Source of the DNA: a bacterium
GTDB taxonomy: Bacteria > Synergistota > Synergistia > Synergistales > Synergistaceae
Assembly (NCBI GenBank): GCA_963618995.1
Contig: CAVEUD010000010.1
Location: 3,330 to 67,329 of the forward strand
Length of the DNA: 64,000 nt
Direction of reading: 5' to 3'
Part shown: positions 38,272 through 47,238 of the stretch, piece by piece
Layout of the letters: each line of letters opens with the position of its first letter
Position numbering within the stretch: position 1 is the first letter of the stretch
Translations under genes and position numbers: made by a program
The notes under the pieces: model-generated
The model's input: the letters and a program-made list of their open reading frames with translations, nothing else
Told to the model about the DNA's origin: nothing
The model's database searches: none

Positions 38272-39038
38272 AAGAACTGTCCGTGAACATCGGCGGTGAA
38301 CAGATACTGAGCGGAGCTTCCTTCTCAATAAGGAAAGGACGCTTCCTTGCGGTCATAGGTCCCAACGGAGCCGGCAAAAGTACGTTGCTCAAATGCGCCG
38401 GAGGGATTCTTCGCGGTTGGAGCGGAACCGTGCTTATAAACGGCGAGCGGCTGTCTTCGATGAAACAGCGTGATGTCGCGCGCCGCATCGCATGGGTGCA
38501 TCAGAACGTTAGCGCCGAAACTCCATACACGGTGCGCCAGTTCGTCTCTATGTCGCGCTTTGCGCTGCGTTCGTTGTTAGGCGGCGAAACGGGCGAAGAA
38601 CTCGCAGCGGTGCAGTCGGCGCTCAAAACCGCAGGGGTGGAGTACCTCGCGGAACGCCGACTGTCCTCCCTCTCCGGAGGCGAACGACAGCGCGCCATGA
38701 TAGCCGCCGCGATAGCTCAGGAGACGGATATATTTTTTTTCGACGAACCGACCAGCTACCTCGACTACGCCCATCAAGCTGAAACGATGTCGCTCATAGA
38801 AAACCTCAACAAGAACGAAGGCAAAACCATAGTAATGGTGACTCACGACGTAAACCTTGCCATGCACGGAGCGGACGAACTGCTCGCTGTCAAAGGCGGA
38901 CGTACCGTATGGCAGGGGCAGCCAAAGGAGCTTTTCTCCGACTGCTTGATGCGGGAAATATTCGGAACAGAATTTGAATATTTCAGCCGCGCCGGACTGA
39001 AAACCCCGTACGTCGTGCCGAAAGGGCTTGTCGGATGA
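38241..39038 (+). CDS. btuD: Cobalamin/iron-siderophore ABC ATPase (BtuD/FepC-like)
   Basis: GPNGAGKST, LSGGERQR, FFDEPT, VTHD; start set at ATG 38241. Confidence 0.88.
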   Translation: MADTDKAVEVKELSVNIGGEQILSGASFSIRKGRFLAVIGPNGAGKSTLLKCAGGILRGWSGTVLINGERLSSMKQRDVARRIAWVHQNVSAETPYTVRQFVSMSRFALRSLLGGETGEELAAVQSALKTAGVEYLAERRLSSLSGGERQRAMIAAAIAQETDIFFFDEPTSYLDYAHQAETMSLIENLNKNEGKTIVMVTHDVNLAMHGADELLAVKGGRTVWQGQPKELFSDCLMREIFGTEFEYFSRAGLKTPYVVPKGLVG

Positions 39039-40012
39039 AGGGAAATTTTTGCCGCGCTCTCATACTTATGTCGCTTCTGTCGCTGTTATGCGCTCCTTTC
39101 ATCGGAGCGTCGCAGATAGGCCTTGATGCGCTCATCCGCGACGGCTCTCCCGCCTCGCAGATACTGTGGAACATAAGAATACCCCGTGCGCTCCTCGCGT
39201 GGCTCACGGGTGCGACCTTGTCCGTCTGCGGGCTCATCTTTCAGGCATTGTTCCGCAACTCGCTTGCATCGCCCGACATGCTTGGAGTATCCTCCGGAGC
39301 CGCTCTCGGAGCCGTGATATATATACGCCTCGGCATAGCGTCATCGTTACTGGGGATAATCAGCGGAAGCGCCTGCGCGGCCTTTATCGGCTCCTTTGCC
39401 GCGATAATAGCGCTCTACGCGGCCGGCAGCCTGCGCGGCGGATTCTCTGCGCCTTCGCTGCTTCTTGCGGGGATTGCGCTGAACTTTCTCTTTGCAAGCC
39501 TCAATATGATAATCCAGTACACAGGCGGCTATACGGACTCATTCCGAATGATGCGCTGGGCTATGGGCGGCCTTGAAACGGTAGGCTTCGCGTCTGCTCT
39601 GGCTTCGCTGCCCGGCTTCCTGTTCATAGCGGTTACCGGATGGGCGGCAGGACCGCAGCTCGACCTGCTCATATGCGGAGAAGAATTTGCGGCAAGTCGC
39701 GGAGTCTCGGTCAAGTTTCTCCGGCGCTTTCTCTTTGCGTTCGTGTCTGTTGCGGTGGGCATGAATGTGGCAATCTGCGGCCCGATAGGATTTGTCGGCC
39801 TCATGTGCCCTCACATCTGCCGCAGGCTTTCCGGCTACGCGGGAAACAGAGAACTCTCCATGGTCTGCGCATTCGCCGGCGGACTCTTTCTCACGCTCTG
39901 CGATGCAGCGGCGCGCACATTCTGGTCTCCGACCGAGCTCCCGGTCGGGATACTGACCTCGCTTCTCGGCTCGCTATTCTTCATCTGGCTTGTAATAAAA
40001 GGGGGAGAATAG
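39035..40012 (+). CDS. btuC: FecCD-family permease (BtuC-like)
   Basis: IRIPRAL, FRNSLASPDMLGVSSGA, GPIGFVGL, ELPVGILT. Confidence 0.9.
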   Translation: MKGNFCRALILMSLLSLLCAPFIGASQIGLDALIRDGSPASQILWNIRIPRALLAWLTGATLSVCGLIFQALFRNSLASPDMLGVSSGAALGAVIYIRLGIASSLLGIISGSACAAFIGSFAAIIALYAAGSLRGGFSAPSLLLAGIALNFLFASLNMIIQYTGGYTDSFRMMRWAMGGLETVGFASALASLPGFLFIAVTGWAAGPQLDLLICGEEFAASRGVSVKFLRRFLFAFVSVAVGMNVAICGPIGFVGLMCPHICRRLSGYAGNRELSMVCAFAGGLFLTLCDAAARTFWSPTELPVGILTSLLGSLFFIWLVIKGGE

Positions 40013-40822
40013 ATGTCAAGGCTGAGATTCCAAGGCATCAGACTCGGCGGCACGTCGTGGGTGATTCCTGGCGGATTCGCAAAAAATATGCGCGAGCTGT
40101 CGCGCGACGTGGACGACATGCAGTTCGTCCTCTTCGACAACAAATACGGCTCGAACATTCCGACGAAAGAAGAAGTCGGAGAGCTTGCAGAACTTCGGCG
40201 TGAACTTGGAATGAGCTGCGTCGTTCATTTCCCAGACGACGTATGTTTGTCCGATGATCCGAACGAGCGCGTCCGGTGCGAGGATTCATGCCTGCGCATA
40301 CTGGAGCTGTTCGACGGTATAGAACCTTACGCATGGGTGATACACCTGGGAGGCGAGCAGTTCGGCGACCGCCCGAGCGCCAACATGGGAAAATGGCTCG
40401 AGCTGACGTCGAAGTCGGTCGAACGCATAGCCTCCGCCGCACGAGAACGGAACAGGATATGCGCCGAGACGCTGGACTACAATTTCGAGCTCATTCTTCC
40501 GATAGTCATGGAACATAAAATATGCGTCTGTGCCGACATCGGCCACCTTGTACGCTACGGACATCCGGTTGAAGAGCAGCTTAAGCTTTTTCTTGAATAT
40601 ACCCGTGCGGTACACATTCACGGAGTAACTCCCGAGGGCGCCGACCACAAGGACATGACATATTTCGATGAGAAGCTTCTCGAAAGGGTTTTTGCGATAC
40701 TCGCATCTGACGGGAAAACGCGCGTTATGACCATTGAAGTATTCGAGGACGACTACGCTCGTTCAATAGAATTTTTAAGGAAATTCGCCCAGAAAAGGGC
40801 AAAGGGGGATATAAATGCTTGA
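40013..40822 (+). CDS. cbiR: Cobamide remodelling phosphodiesterase CbiR (AP-endonuclease-2 TIM barrel)
   Basis: RLGGTSWVIP, VHFP.D, VIH, AETL, CADIGHL, HIHG...DH, TIEVF metal-ligand pattern; located in a B12 operon. Confidence 0.8.
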   Translation: MSRLRFQGIRLGGTSWVIPGGFAKNMRELSRDVDDMQFVLFDNKYGSNIPTKEEVGELAELRRELGMSCVVHFPDDVCLSDDPNERVRCEDSCLRILELFDGIEPYAWVIHLGGEQFGDRPSANMGKWLELTSKSVERIASAARERNRICAETLDYNFELILPIVMEHKICVCADIGHLVRYGHPVEEQLKLFLEYTRAVHIHGVTPEGADHKDMTYFDEKLLERVFAILASDGKTRVMTIEVFEDDYARSIEFLRKFAQKRAKGDINA

Positions 40823-41432
40823 TTACATGCACGAGGGCGGCAGCATAATGTGGTTAATCGCGGCTTTTTCTCTGGCCGCTTTTGCTGTTGCAGCAGAGAG
40901 GCTGATGTTTTTCCGAAAGGCCTCAGGAAATCCGACTAAGCTTGAAGGCGAACTTGCGGATGCCGTTACGTCCGGAGATTACAGCCGTTGTTTCTCCGAG
41001 GCGGAAAGCTCGCTCGCACGGCTGTTTGCCGACGCGCTCTCTCAGTGGGACGCGGACGGAGAGGAAATGAAGCTCCTTACGGAAGAACGAATCCGCCGTG
41101 AAATATATCGTTGGGAAAAACATTTGTTCGTAATGGAAATGGTAGGCAAACTCGCGCCGCTCCTTGGCCTTCTCGGCACCGTTCTCGGAATGGTGGAAAT
41201 GTTTGGCTCGCTGCATATGGGAGGCCAGATAAGCGCGGAAGAGGTAACGGGGGGGATCTGGAAAGCGCTCTACACTACTGTCGCCGGTCTTACGGTGGCA
41301 ATACCGACGATATTCGTAAACGGACTTCTCAACTCGCGCATCGACAACGAAGAAGAAAAGCTGGAACGCGGCGCGGATTTTGTCCTTCGCCTTCATAGAA
41401 AGTACTGCGGAAATGCGCCAGCGAAAAACTAG
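40815..41432 (+). CDS. exbB: MotA/TolQ/ExbB proton channel protein
   Basis: APLLGLLGTVLGM and GIWKALYTTVAGL.VAIP. Confidence 0.92.
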   Translation: MLDYMHEGGSIMWLIAAFSLAAFAVAAERLMFFRKASGNPTKLEGELADAVTSGDYSRCFSEAESSLARLFADALSQWDADGEEMKLLTEERIRREIYRWEKHLFVMEMVGKLAPLLGLLGTVLGMVEMFGSLHMGGQISAEEVTGGIWKALYTTVAGLTVAIPTIFVNGLLNSRIDNEEEKLERGADFVLRLHRKYCGNAPAKN

Positions 41433-41802
41433 AGGCGCGGCGGAGATAGATATAACTCCGCTTATTGACGTTCTCTTCATGCTAATAATATTTTTTGTCC
41501 TCACTGCCTCGTTCGTACAAGGCGGGCTGGACGTAAAGCTTCCGCGGGGCGAAGGAAGTTCTTTCGATGCGCACGACGCGGCGGTGCTGACAGTAACGGC
41601 TGATGGCAGGCTTTTCTGGAATGGACGCGAAATGAGCCGGAGCGAGCTCGTCTACGCCGCGGAAGCGAACAAAGGGCGCGAAATACTGATCGCCGGCGAC
41701 GAAGGTGTTCCATATGGTAAAGTCGCCTCAGTCCTCTCGCTGCTGCGCGGCGAGGGAGTAACGTCCGCGGGGCTTCTGCTCGCCGGGGGACATGCCGAAT
41801 GA
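41413..41802 (+). CDS. exbD: ExbD/TolR protein
   Basis: IDITPLIDVLFMLIIFFVLT, V.LP, GD..VPYG.V. Confidence 0.92.
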   Translation: MRQRKTRGAAEIDITPLIDVLFMLIIFFVLTASFVQGGLDVKLPRGEGSSFDAHDAAVLTVTADGRLFWNGREMSRSELVYAAEANKGREILIAGDEGVPYGKVASVLSLLRGEGVTSAGLLLAGGHAE

Positions 41803-42542
41803 CTAAAGAGGCCCGCTCGCGCTGGTGTTCGGCCATAGTGTTAAGCGTCTGCGTACACATGGCGATAGTCGCCGCAATATCGCTTATCCCGCAGCGTGTA
41901 ACAGAGAAAGAGCCGGCCATGTCCGTGCGCCTGGTCGCGCTTCCCGGCCGGCGCGGGACGGACGGCGGAGGCGCAGGAAACGGCGGCGGGCTAAAACAAC
42001 AAACGACGGCGCAGTCCGCGACGCAGCCGAAGAAGAGCCAGGCGAAGCCGCAAAGGCAGGAAACGAAGCCAGTAAAAGCCGCTCGTATGGATAAGCCTAA
42101 AGAAACGCCAAAGCCTGTCAATGAACCTGTGAAGGCTGAGGCTTCAAAAGAAACAACAACGGCGGGAAACGGCTTGGAAGAAGCCGCTGCTTCATTATAC
42201 GCTGTGAAGGGCGCCTCGGGCAAAGGCGAAGGAGAAGGCGAAGGCAAAGGCGAAGGCATCGGCGGCGGTTACGGTTACGGCATAGCCGACGTGGGCGGCC
42301 TCGAAGTGTTGAAGAAAGTCACTCCGGAATATCCGCTTTTCTCCCGCAAGCGTCGCGAAGAGGGAACAGCCGTGGTTATAGCCCGCGTGGAAAACGGATC
42401 AGTAACCTCAGCGGGACTCGAACGCTCAAGCGGTCACGCGCGATTAGACGACTCGGCGCTGCGCGCCGTCAAGGGCTGGAAGTTCAACAGCACGGGCGTA
42501 ATTCGCGTAAGGATACCGTTTGCATTCAGGATAAAAGGCTGA
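41799..42542 (+). CDS. tonB: TonB energy transducer
   Basis: TM helix with S...VH motif, Pro/Lys linker, PEYP..SRKRREEG, SSGHARLD..AL.AV..WKF. Confidence 0.9.
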   Translation: MTKEARSRWCSAIVLSVCVHMAIVAAISLIPQRVTEKEPAMSVRLVALPGRRGTDGGGAGNGGGLKQQTTAQSATQPKKSQAKPQRQETKPVKAARMDKPKETPKPVNEPVKAEASKETTTAGNGLEEAAASLYAVKGASGKGEGEGEGKGEGIGGGYGYGIADVGGLEVLKKVTPEYPLFSRKRREEGTAVVIARVENGSVTSAGLERSSGHARLDDSALRAVKGWKFNSTGVIRVRIPFAFRIKG

Positions 42543-42769
42543 ACAGAGTACGGAGGACGTGTTTTCTGCAAAATGCCTAAATATGCATTCCTATCGCAGT
42601 CGCGCCGGTTTTTTCTACTGTTTCTGCGCGGAGGAGTTAAGGCTGCCATGGCATGGGTTTGCAGGCAAAAATTCTATTCAGCGTCTGTCCCTTCTCTATT
42701 GACCCGCATGCAAGCCTGCGCACAATCAGCAATGGCACCAGCTGTGACAAATAAAATAATCTGATCGAC

Positions 42770-43160
42770 ACATACAATGCATATCCATGGCAAGATGCGC
42801 CTTGCTGCTGAGCTGCCCTTTACACGCTCCATATCCTAAGTTGCCGTCTGCCGCCCCGCTTGCGCGGGGATGTACTTTTATATGGCTTGCGTCTGTCATG
42901 AGTAATTTGTAATCAGGAGAATTTATCAGAGCCGCAAGCAATTTTTTCCAAACGGCCATGTCATGCCGCCGGCGAAAACGCTTGTTGAAGTTGCTCCTGC
43001 TGCCGTAATCCGGCGGCAGATCACGCCGCGACGCACCGGTATGCAGAATCCGCAAAACACAGCGTTGATAAGGGAATTGTCGCAGCGCGCGTTGCCGCCC
43101 GACGTCCCATTTCTCCGGGTGGAGGCGGGTTCCGGCAATGCCTAAAACTCATCGCTTATG
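42770..43160 (-). mobile_element. Degenerate IS5-family transposase
   Basis: Fragments GGNAR.DN.LINAVF / RILHTGAS.RDLPPDYG...KRFRR.....VWKKLL...PDY..LM.DASHIKVH..ASGA...K.HLA.D; frameshifted. Ends approximate. Confidence 0.8.
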
Positions 43161-43204
43161 TCGTGCCTGTTGGCAGTCTTCCGCCTGCTTTCTTTTTCGT
43201 CTCA

Positions 43205-43515
43205 ACCGGCATAAGACAGTTGTCGGCGCTGTCCGGGATATCGAAGAGGAGATCGTCGTGATGTACGCAAATGTCATGGGCACAGACTCCGCCGCGATAG
43301 GTCTGCCTTTATCCGCAGGATGTTAAGAAAACTTATCTGCGCGACTGCCGCGGCAGACGGATTCAACAGACAGATGAGGAAAGCAGCTAAAGCGAAGTCC
43401 GTATTTCCTACATGCGACAGTCTATTCGCAACGCTATACCTGACACAACGAAAAAATGGACAGACCGTCGCATCGACCGTGGCACAAGATACACGCACAG
43501 CTCCCCATATGTTTT
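43205..43515 (+). mobile_element. Second degenerate IS256-family transposase relic (middle and C-terminal pieces)
   Basis: RDIEEEIVVMYANVM (cf. DIEEKILSMYAKGM), then YPQDV, DGFNRQMRKAAKAKSVFPT.DSLF..LYL, TKKWT. Confidence 0.75.
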
Positions 43516-43714
43516 GAATGGCGGATACCGCGGAATAGGCAAAATGTGCAGCACACAGCAAGCCCCCGAGCCGTACGTCGTTGACATCCGGTTAGGGGCG
43601 GCTATGGCGTCAATAGGACGGGCTAAAATGCCCGGAAGTTCATGACGATCCCGAGGCTTGAGGATGGCTGCACAGAATCGCGGACGGATTCGCGCGAAGA
43701 TTGCTTTGCTTTCG

Positions 43715-44473
43715 CTACTTCCCCGCCTCTGTCACCGCGGCGCCGAGAGCGCCGGCGAACTGGGCTTTTTCGGGGGTTATTACGCGGCGGCCTGTTTTTT
43801 GTTCTATCAGGCCGGCGAGCAGGCCGTTCTGCGCGCAGCCGCCGGTGAAGCAGATATCGCCGCCGTCGGAGACACGTGAAAGCAGGTTCGCCGCGCGCTG
43901 CGCGACGGAGTCCAGCAGGCCGAGGCAGATCGAGTATTTGTCCGCGCCCTTGGCGAGCAGGCCGATGACCTCCGACTCGGCGAAGACTGTGCACATGTTG
44001 TTGATCGGCTGTAGCTCCGTGCCCTCGGGGATATTGCAGAAGTCAGCCAGCTTGCATCCGAGGTGGACCGCCATGTTCTGAAGGAAGCGCCCCGTGCCGG
44101 CGGCGCACTTGTCGTTCATCAGAAAGTCGAGGACCTTGCCGTTTTCGTCGATTTTTATGACCTTCGAGTCTTGGCCGCCGATGTCGAGCACTGTGGTCGC
44201 CTCCGGCGCGAGGCGGTGGGCCCCCGCGGCGTGGCAGGTTATCTCTGTGACGCGGCGGTCGGCCTCGAATATATGGCGCCCGTAACCCGTGACCGTGATG
44301 TGCACGTCCTCGCGCTTTATTATGTGTCCGCGGCGGCAGACCATGCGCACGGCTTTTTCTGCGCTTTCGGCGGGAGCCCAGCCCGTAGGCGTGAGGTAAT
44401 AGAGGAAGCGCGAGCCGTCCCAGAGGACGCACTTCGTCGCCGTTGAGCCGATGTCAACTCCGATGTTGGCCAT
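43715..44473 (-). CDS. Acyl-CoA dehydratase activase / DCCP-R-type ATPase (HgdC/YjiL family)
   Basis: True start MANIGVDIGSTATK at 44473; TGYGR, EITCHA, DIGGQDSK, MNDKCAAGTGRFL, CTVFAESEV. Confidence 0.93.
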   Translation of the reverse strand: MANIGVDIGSTATKCVLWDGSRFLYYLTPTGWAPAESAEKAVRMVCRRGHIIKREDVHITVTGYGRHIFEADRRVTEITCHAAGAHRLAPEATTVLDIGGQDSKVIKIDENGKVLDFLMNDKCAAGTGRFLQNMAVHLGCKLADFCNIPEGTELQPINNMCTVFAESEVIGLLAKGADKYSICLGLLDSVAQRAANLLSRVSDGGDICFTGGCAQNGLLAGLIEQKTGRRVITPEKAQFAGALGAAVTEAGK

Positions 44474-45633
44474 TAGAGCATCTCCGCGAAGGCTCCGAAG
44501 CGCGTGGAGAGCTGTTCCACGTCGCCCTGCGAATAGTCCGTTTCTACGGACATGTAGGGCACGCCCTCGCCGGCGAGGAACTGCTTTACGGAGTAGGTTT
44601 CGACGTTGTAGGTGTGGCATGCCTGGAGTATGACGTCTACGACCGCGTCTGCGCGGTATTTCTTGACGTATTCGCGCAGCAGCCCGAGGCGCTCGCCGTT
44701 GGGCGACATTACGGAGCATGGAATCGAAAGATATTTTTCTGTGAGCGCGTCGATCGGGTCTATATCCTCGCGCACCTTGTAGTGCATGGATTTGAGGTTG
44801 CCGCAGTTTTCGAAGCCGACGACGACCGAGCCGCTTTCCGGCGATTCTATGGCGTCGACGACCTTTTCGAGCGATTTGCCCATCGGGCAGCCCGTTATGA
44901 ATATGCGGTGCGCGGCTATGTCTTTGCGGCACTGTCCAGCGGCGTAAGCTTCGAGTATCGCGTCGGCGAGCTCGTCGAGCTTGTCGGCGGTCTTTTCGTA
45001 TTCAAAGTTGAGCTTGATGAAGTCAGAGATCAGCATTATCTCCTTGCCGCTGACCATCGGGACAGGCAGCGCCGCCGTGTCGCAGAAGCGCAGCGCCGCT
45101 TCATTTATCTTGTTGCGCAGCGTGATGGCCTCTCTTATCTTCTCGTCCGTTATCTCAACGCCGAAGCGTTCTTCGAGGACTTTTTTGAGCCTGAGTATCT
45201 CGTGCTTCCAGAGCGCGCGGCTCATCTCGTGCTTCGGGTCCTGCGGCAGCTGCATGACGTGCGTCGGACGCAGTTCGCTGAGCAGTTCGTACATCTTTTT
45301 CTTGCCGTCGCAGGTCGTCTCGCCTATTACGATGTCGCAGAAATGGAAGTACGGGCAGGTATCCGTCAGAGCGAAGCCGTAGCTCGATTTGATAAGCGGG
45401 CATAGGTTGCGCGGCAGGTGTTTTTCCGCCGCGGCTATCGGCTTGTCGCTCGTGCTGCAAAGCGAGACGGATATGCCGCCCGCTGCGCGCACCAGCTCCC
45501 ACGGCGTGAAGGTGCAGTATGTGCCGACGACGGGCACTCCAGCTTCGCTTATCTCTTTTACGCGGACAGGGCCGTTGTGTACGATCCCCCTTATTTCGTC
45601 AAGAATTGCATCTACTTTAGCGGCGTTGTTCAT
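44473..45633 (-). CDS. Double-cubane-cluster anaerobic reductase / 2-hydroxyacyl-CoA dehydratase family (YjiM-like)
   Basis: GTYCTFTP.E, SLC, LPRNLCPLIKSSYG, CPYF, GETTCDGKKKMYE, TGCP, ENC, IPCS, QACHTY. Confidence 0.88.
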   Translation of the reverse strand: MNNAAKVDAILDEIRGIVHNGPVRVKEISEAGVPVVGTYCTFTPWELVRAAGGISVSLCSTSDKPIAAAEKHLPRNLCPLIKSSYGFALTDTCPYFHFCDIVIGETTCDGKKKMYELLSELRPTHVMQLPQDPKHEMSRALWKHEILRLKKVLEERFGVEITDEKIREAITLRNKINEAALRFCDTAALPVPMVSGKEIMLISDFIKLNFEYEKTADKLDELADAILEAYAAGQCRKDIAAHRIFITGCPMGKSLEKVVDAIESPESGSVVVGFENCGNLKSMHYKVREDIDPIDALTEKYLSIPCSVMSPNGERLGLLREYVKKYRADAVVDVILQACHTYNVETYSVKQFLAGEGVPYMSVETDYSQGDVEQLSTRFGAFAEML

Positions 45634-45649
45634 AAATCCGCTCCTCCTC

Positions 45650-46080
45650 TGTTTTTTTCGTTCTGTTCCAGAAGTTCGGGTATCCGCTCGGCTGTCTCGC
45701 CGTAGCCCTTCGTCGCGCGGCTGCGCGGACGCTCGAACGGGACGTCTATTTCTTCAAGGACGCGGCCCGCTGGCGCATTCCGTCCGAAAGCTCGTGCGGC
45801 TTCGCCTCGGCGAACTTTTCGAGGCCGACGCGAGCGAGGTAGTCCATCGCTATCTCGCGGCGCTTTTTTGCATCCATGCCAGCGAATTCAGGGCCGAGCG
45901 AGACGTTGTCAGCGACGGTGCGCCACGGCAGCAGAGAGTATTCCTGGAGTACCATGCCGCGCTCCTTGCCCGGGCCGATGACCGACGCGCCCTTGTAATA
46001 CATCGCCTGAGCTCGCGCTTTCGAGCCCCGCGACTATGCGCAGCCGCGTGGACTTGCCGCCGCCGTCGCGGCGCACGGTG
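45650..46080 (-). pseudogene. Internally deleted nitrate/sulfonate-type ABC ATPase fragment
   Basis: PGKERGMVLQEYSLLPWRTVADNV..G...PHELSDGMRQRA jumps directly to the C-terminal IDVPFERPR; Walker B is missing and Walker A is degenerate. Confidence 0.75.
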
Positions 46081-46481
46081 AGACCGATCCGAAAGTTTAT
46101 AGAATGAAGGAATGATTGCAGGATTTTAGAAAGGGGGCGTGCCGGAACAGTGATTGGGCAAATCCATGCAATCGTGCGCCACGCGCATCGCGCAGAGTCC
46201 GCGGCGTCACGTCATTATGAATTCGCCTCCTCTTCCGGTTTTTTTCACATGAAAACGAATTAACATTCTCCTTGTTGCATTGTATAACACAAACGCGGAT
46301 TTTGCTATGCGTAAATCGCGCGAGGAAAATTTATTTTATGCATGCGACTAAAAGCGGCCGCTGCATCGCCGCAAGCAGGACTCCGCCGTCTCATACTATT
46401 TTATCCATAGATAAATGTTATAATTTGTCAAAGACGAGGCGCTGTACGCGCCACTTTATCGGGGACGGGTGATTTTGCGGA

Positions 46482-47168
46482 ATGCCGCCTTCTATTAAAA
46501 CCATTCAGGCGCAGGTCTATAACTTTTTGAAGCAAAATATATGCGATGGCGTTTACACGCCTGGGCAGCGCCTGCTTGAAACGGAACTGGCGGCGTCGCT
46601 CAGCGTCAGCCGCAGCCCTGTGCGCGAGGCTATGCGCAAGCTTGCGAGCGAAGGGCTCGTCGAAGAATTTCCCAACCGCGGCGTCTTCGTTAAACAGTTT
46701 TCCGACGAAGATATAGACCATATCTTCGATGTGCGCATCCTGCTTGAGAGTCACGCGATACGCCATTCGCAGCGTAATCTCACGGAGGAGAAGGCAAAGG
46801 CGCTGCGCGCCCGCCTTGATGCGATGACGCGGGTCTACCGTGCCGGCAGCCTCGAAGAATATATAGAACAGGACACGGAGCTGCACAAAGAGATAATAGA
46901 GCTCGCCGACAATCCTGTTCTGACGGAAATGTACGAGCTTGTCTACTCGCGCGTTCAGCAGTTCAGAATTTACTCGCTTATCTCGAAGCAGCGCTTTGAC
47001 GAGTCGATAGAAGAACATTCCACAGTCGTAGAGTCCATCCTGAACGGCGATACGGCCGTCGCCGTGCGGACGAACAAACTGCATTTAAAGCTTGCGCGCG
47101 GAAAGATAATAGAACACCTCGCGGCACAACGCGCTAAGGATAAAGAAGAACAGCAGCACAACGCATAG
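46482..47168 (+). CDS. GntR-family (FCD/FadR) regulator
   Basis: PGQRL.ETELA..LSVSRSPVREA.RKL..EGLV...PNRG; FCD C-domain (D..LH, N..L, EH). Confidence 0.93.
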   Translation: MPPSIKTIQAQVYNFLKQNICDGVYTPGQRLLETELAASLSVSRSPVREAMRKLASEGLVEEFPNRGVFVKQFSDEDIDHIFDVRILLESHAIRHSQRNLTEEKAKALRARLDAMTRVYRAGSLEEYIEQDTELHKEIIELADNPVLTEMYELVYSRVQQFRIYSLISKQRFDESIEEHSTVVESILNGDTAVAVRTNKLHLKLARGKIIEHLAAQRAKDKEEQQHNA

Positions 47169-47209
47169 AAAAAGCCGCCTCTTATTCGAGAGGCGGCTTT
47201 TTCTATGCG
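47162..47209. terminator. Long perfect hairpin, bidirectional terminator
   Basis: CGCATAGAAAAAGCCGCCTCT...AGAGGCGGCTTTTTCTATGCG between convergent genes. Confidence 0.85.
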
Positions 47210-47238
47210 CGCAGACCGCGCGGATATTCCGCAGTCGT

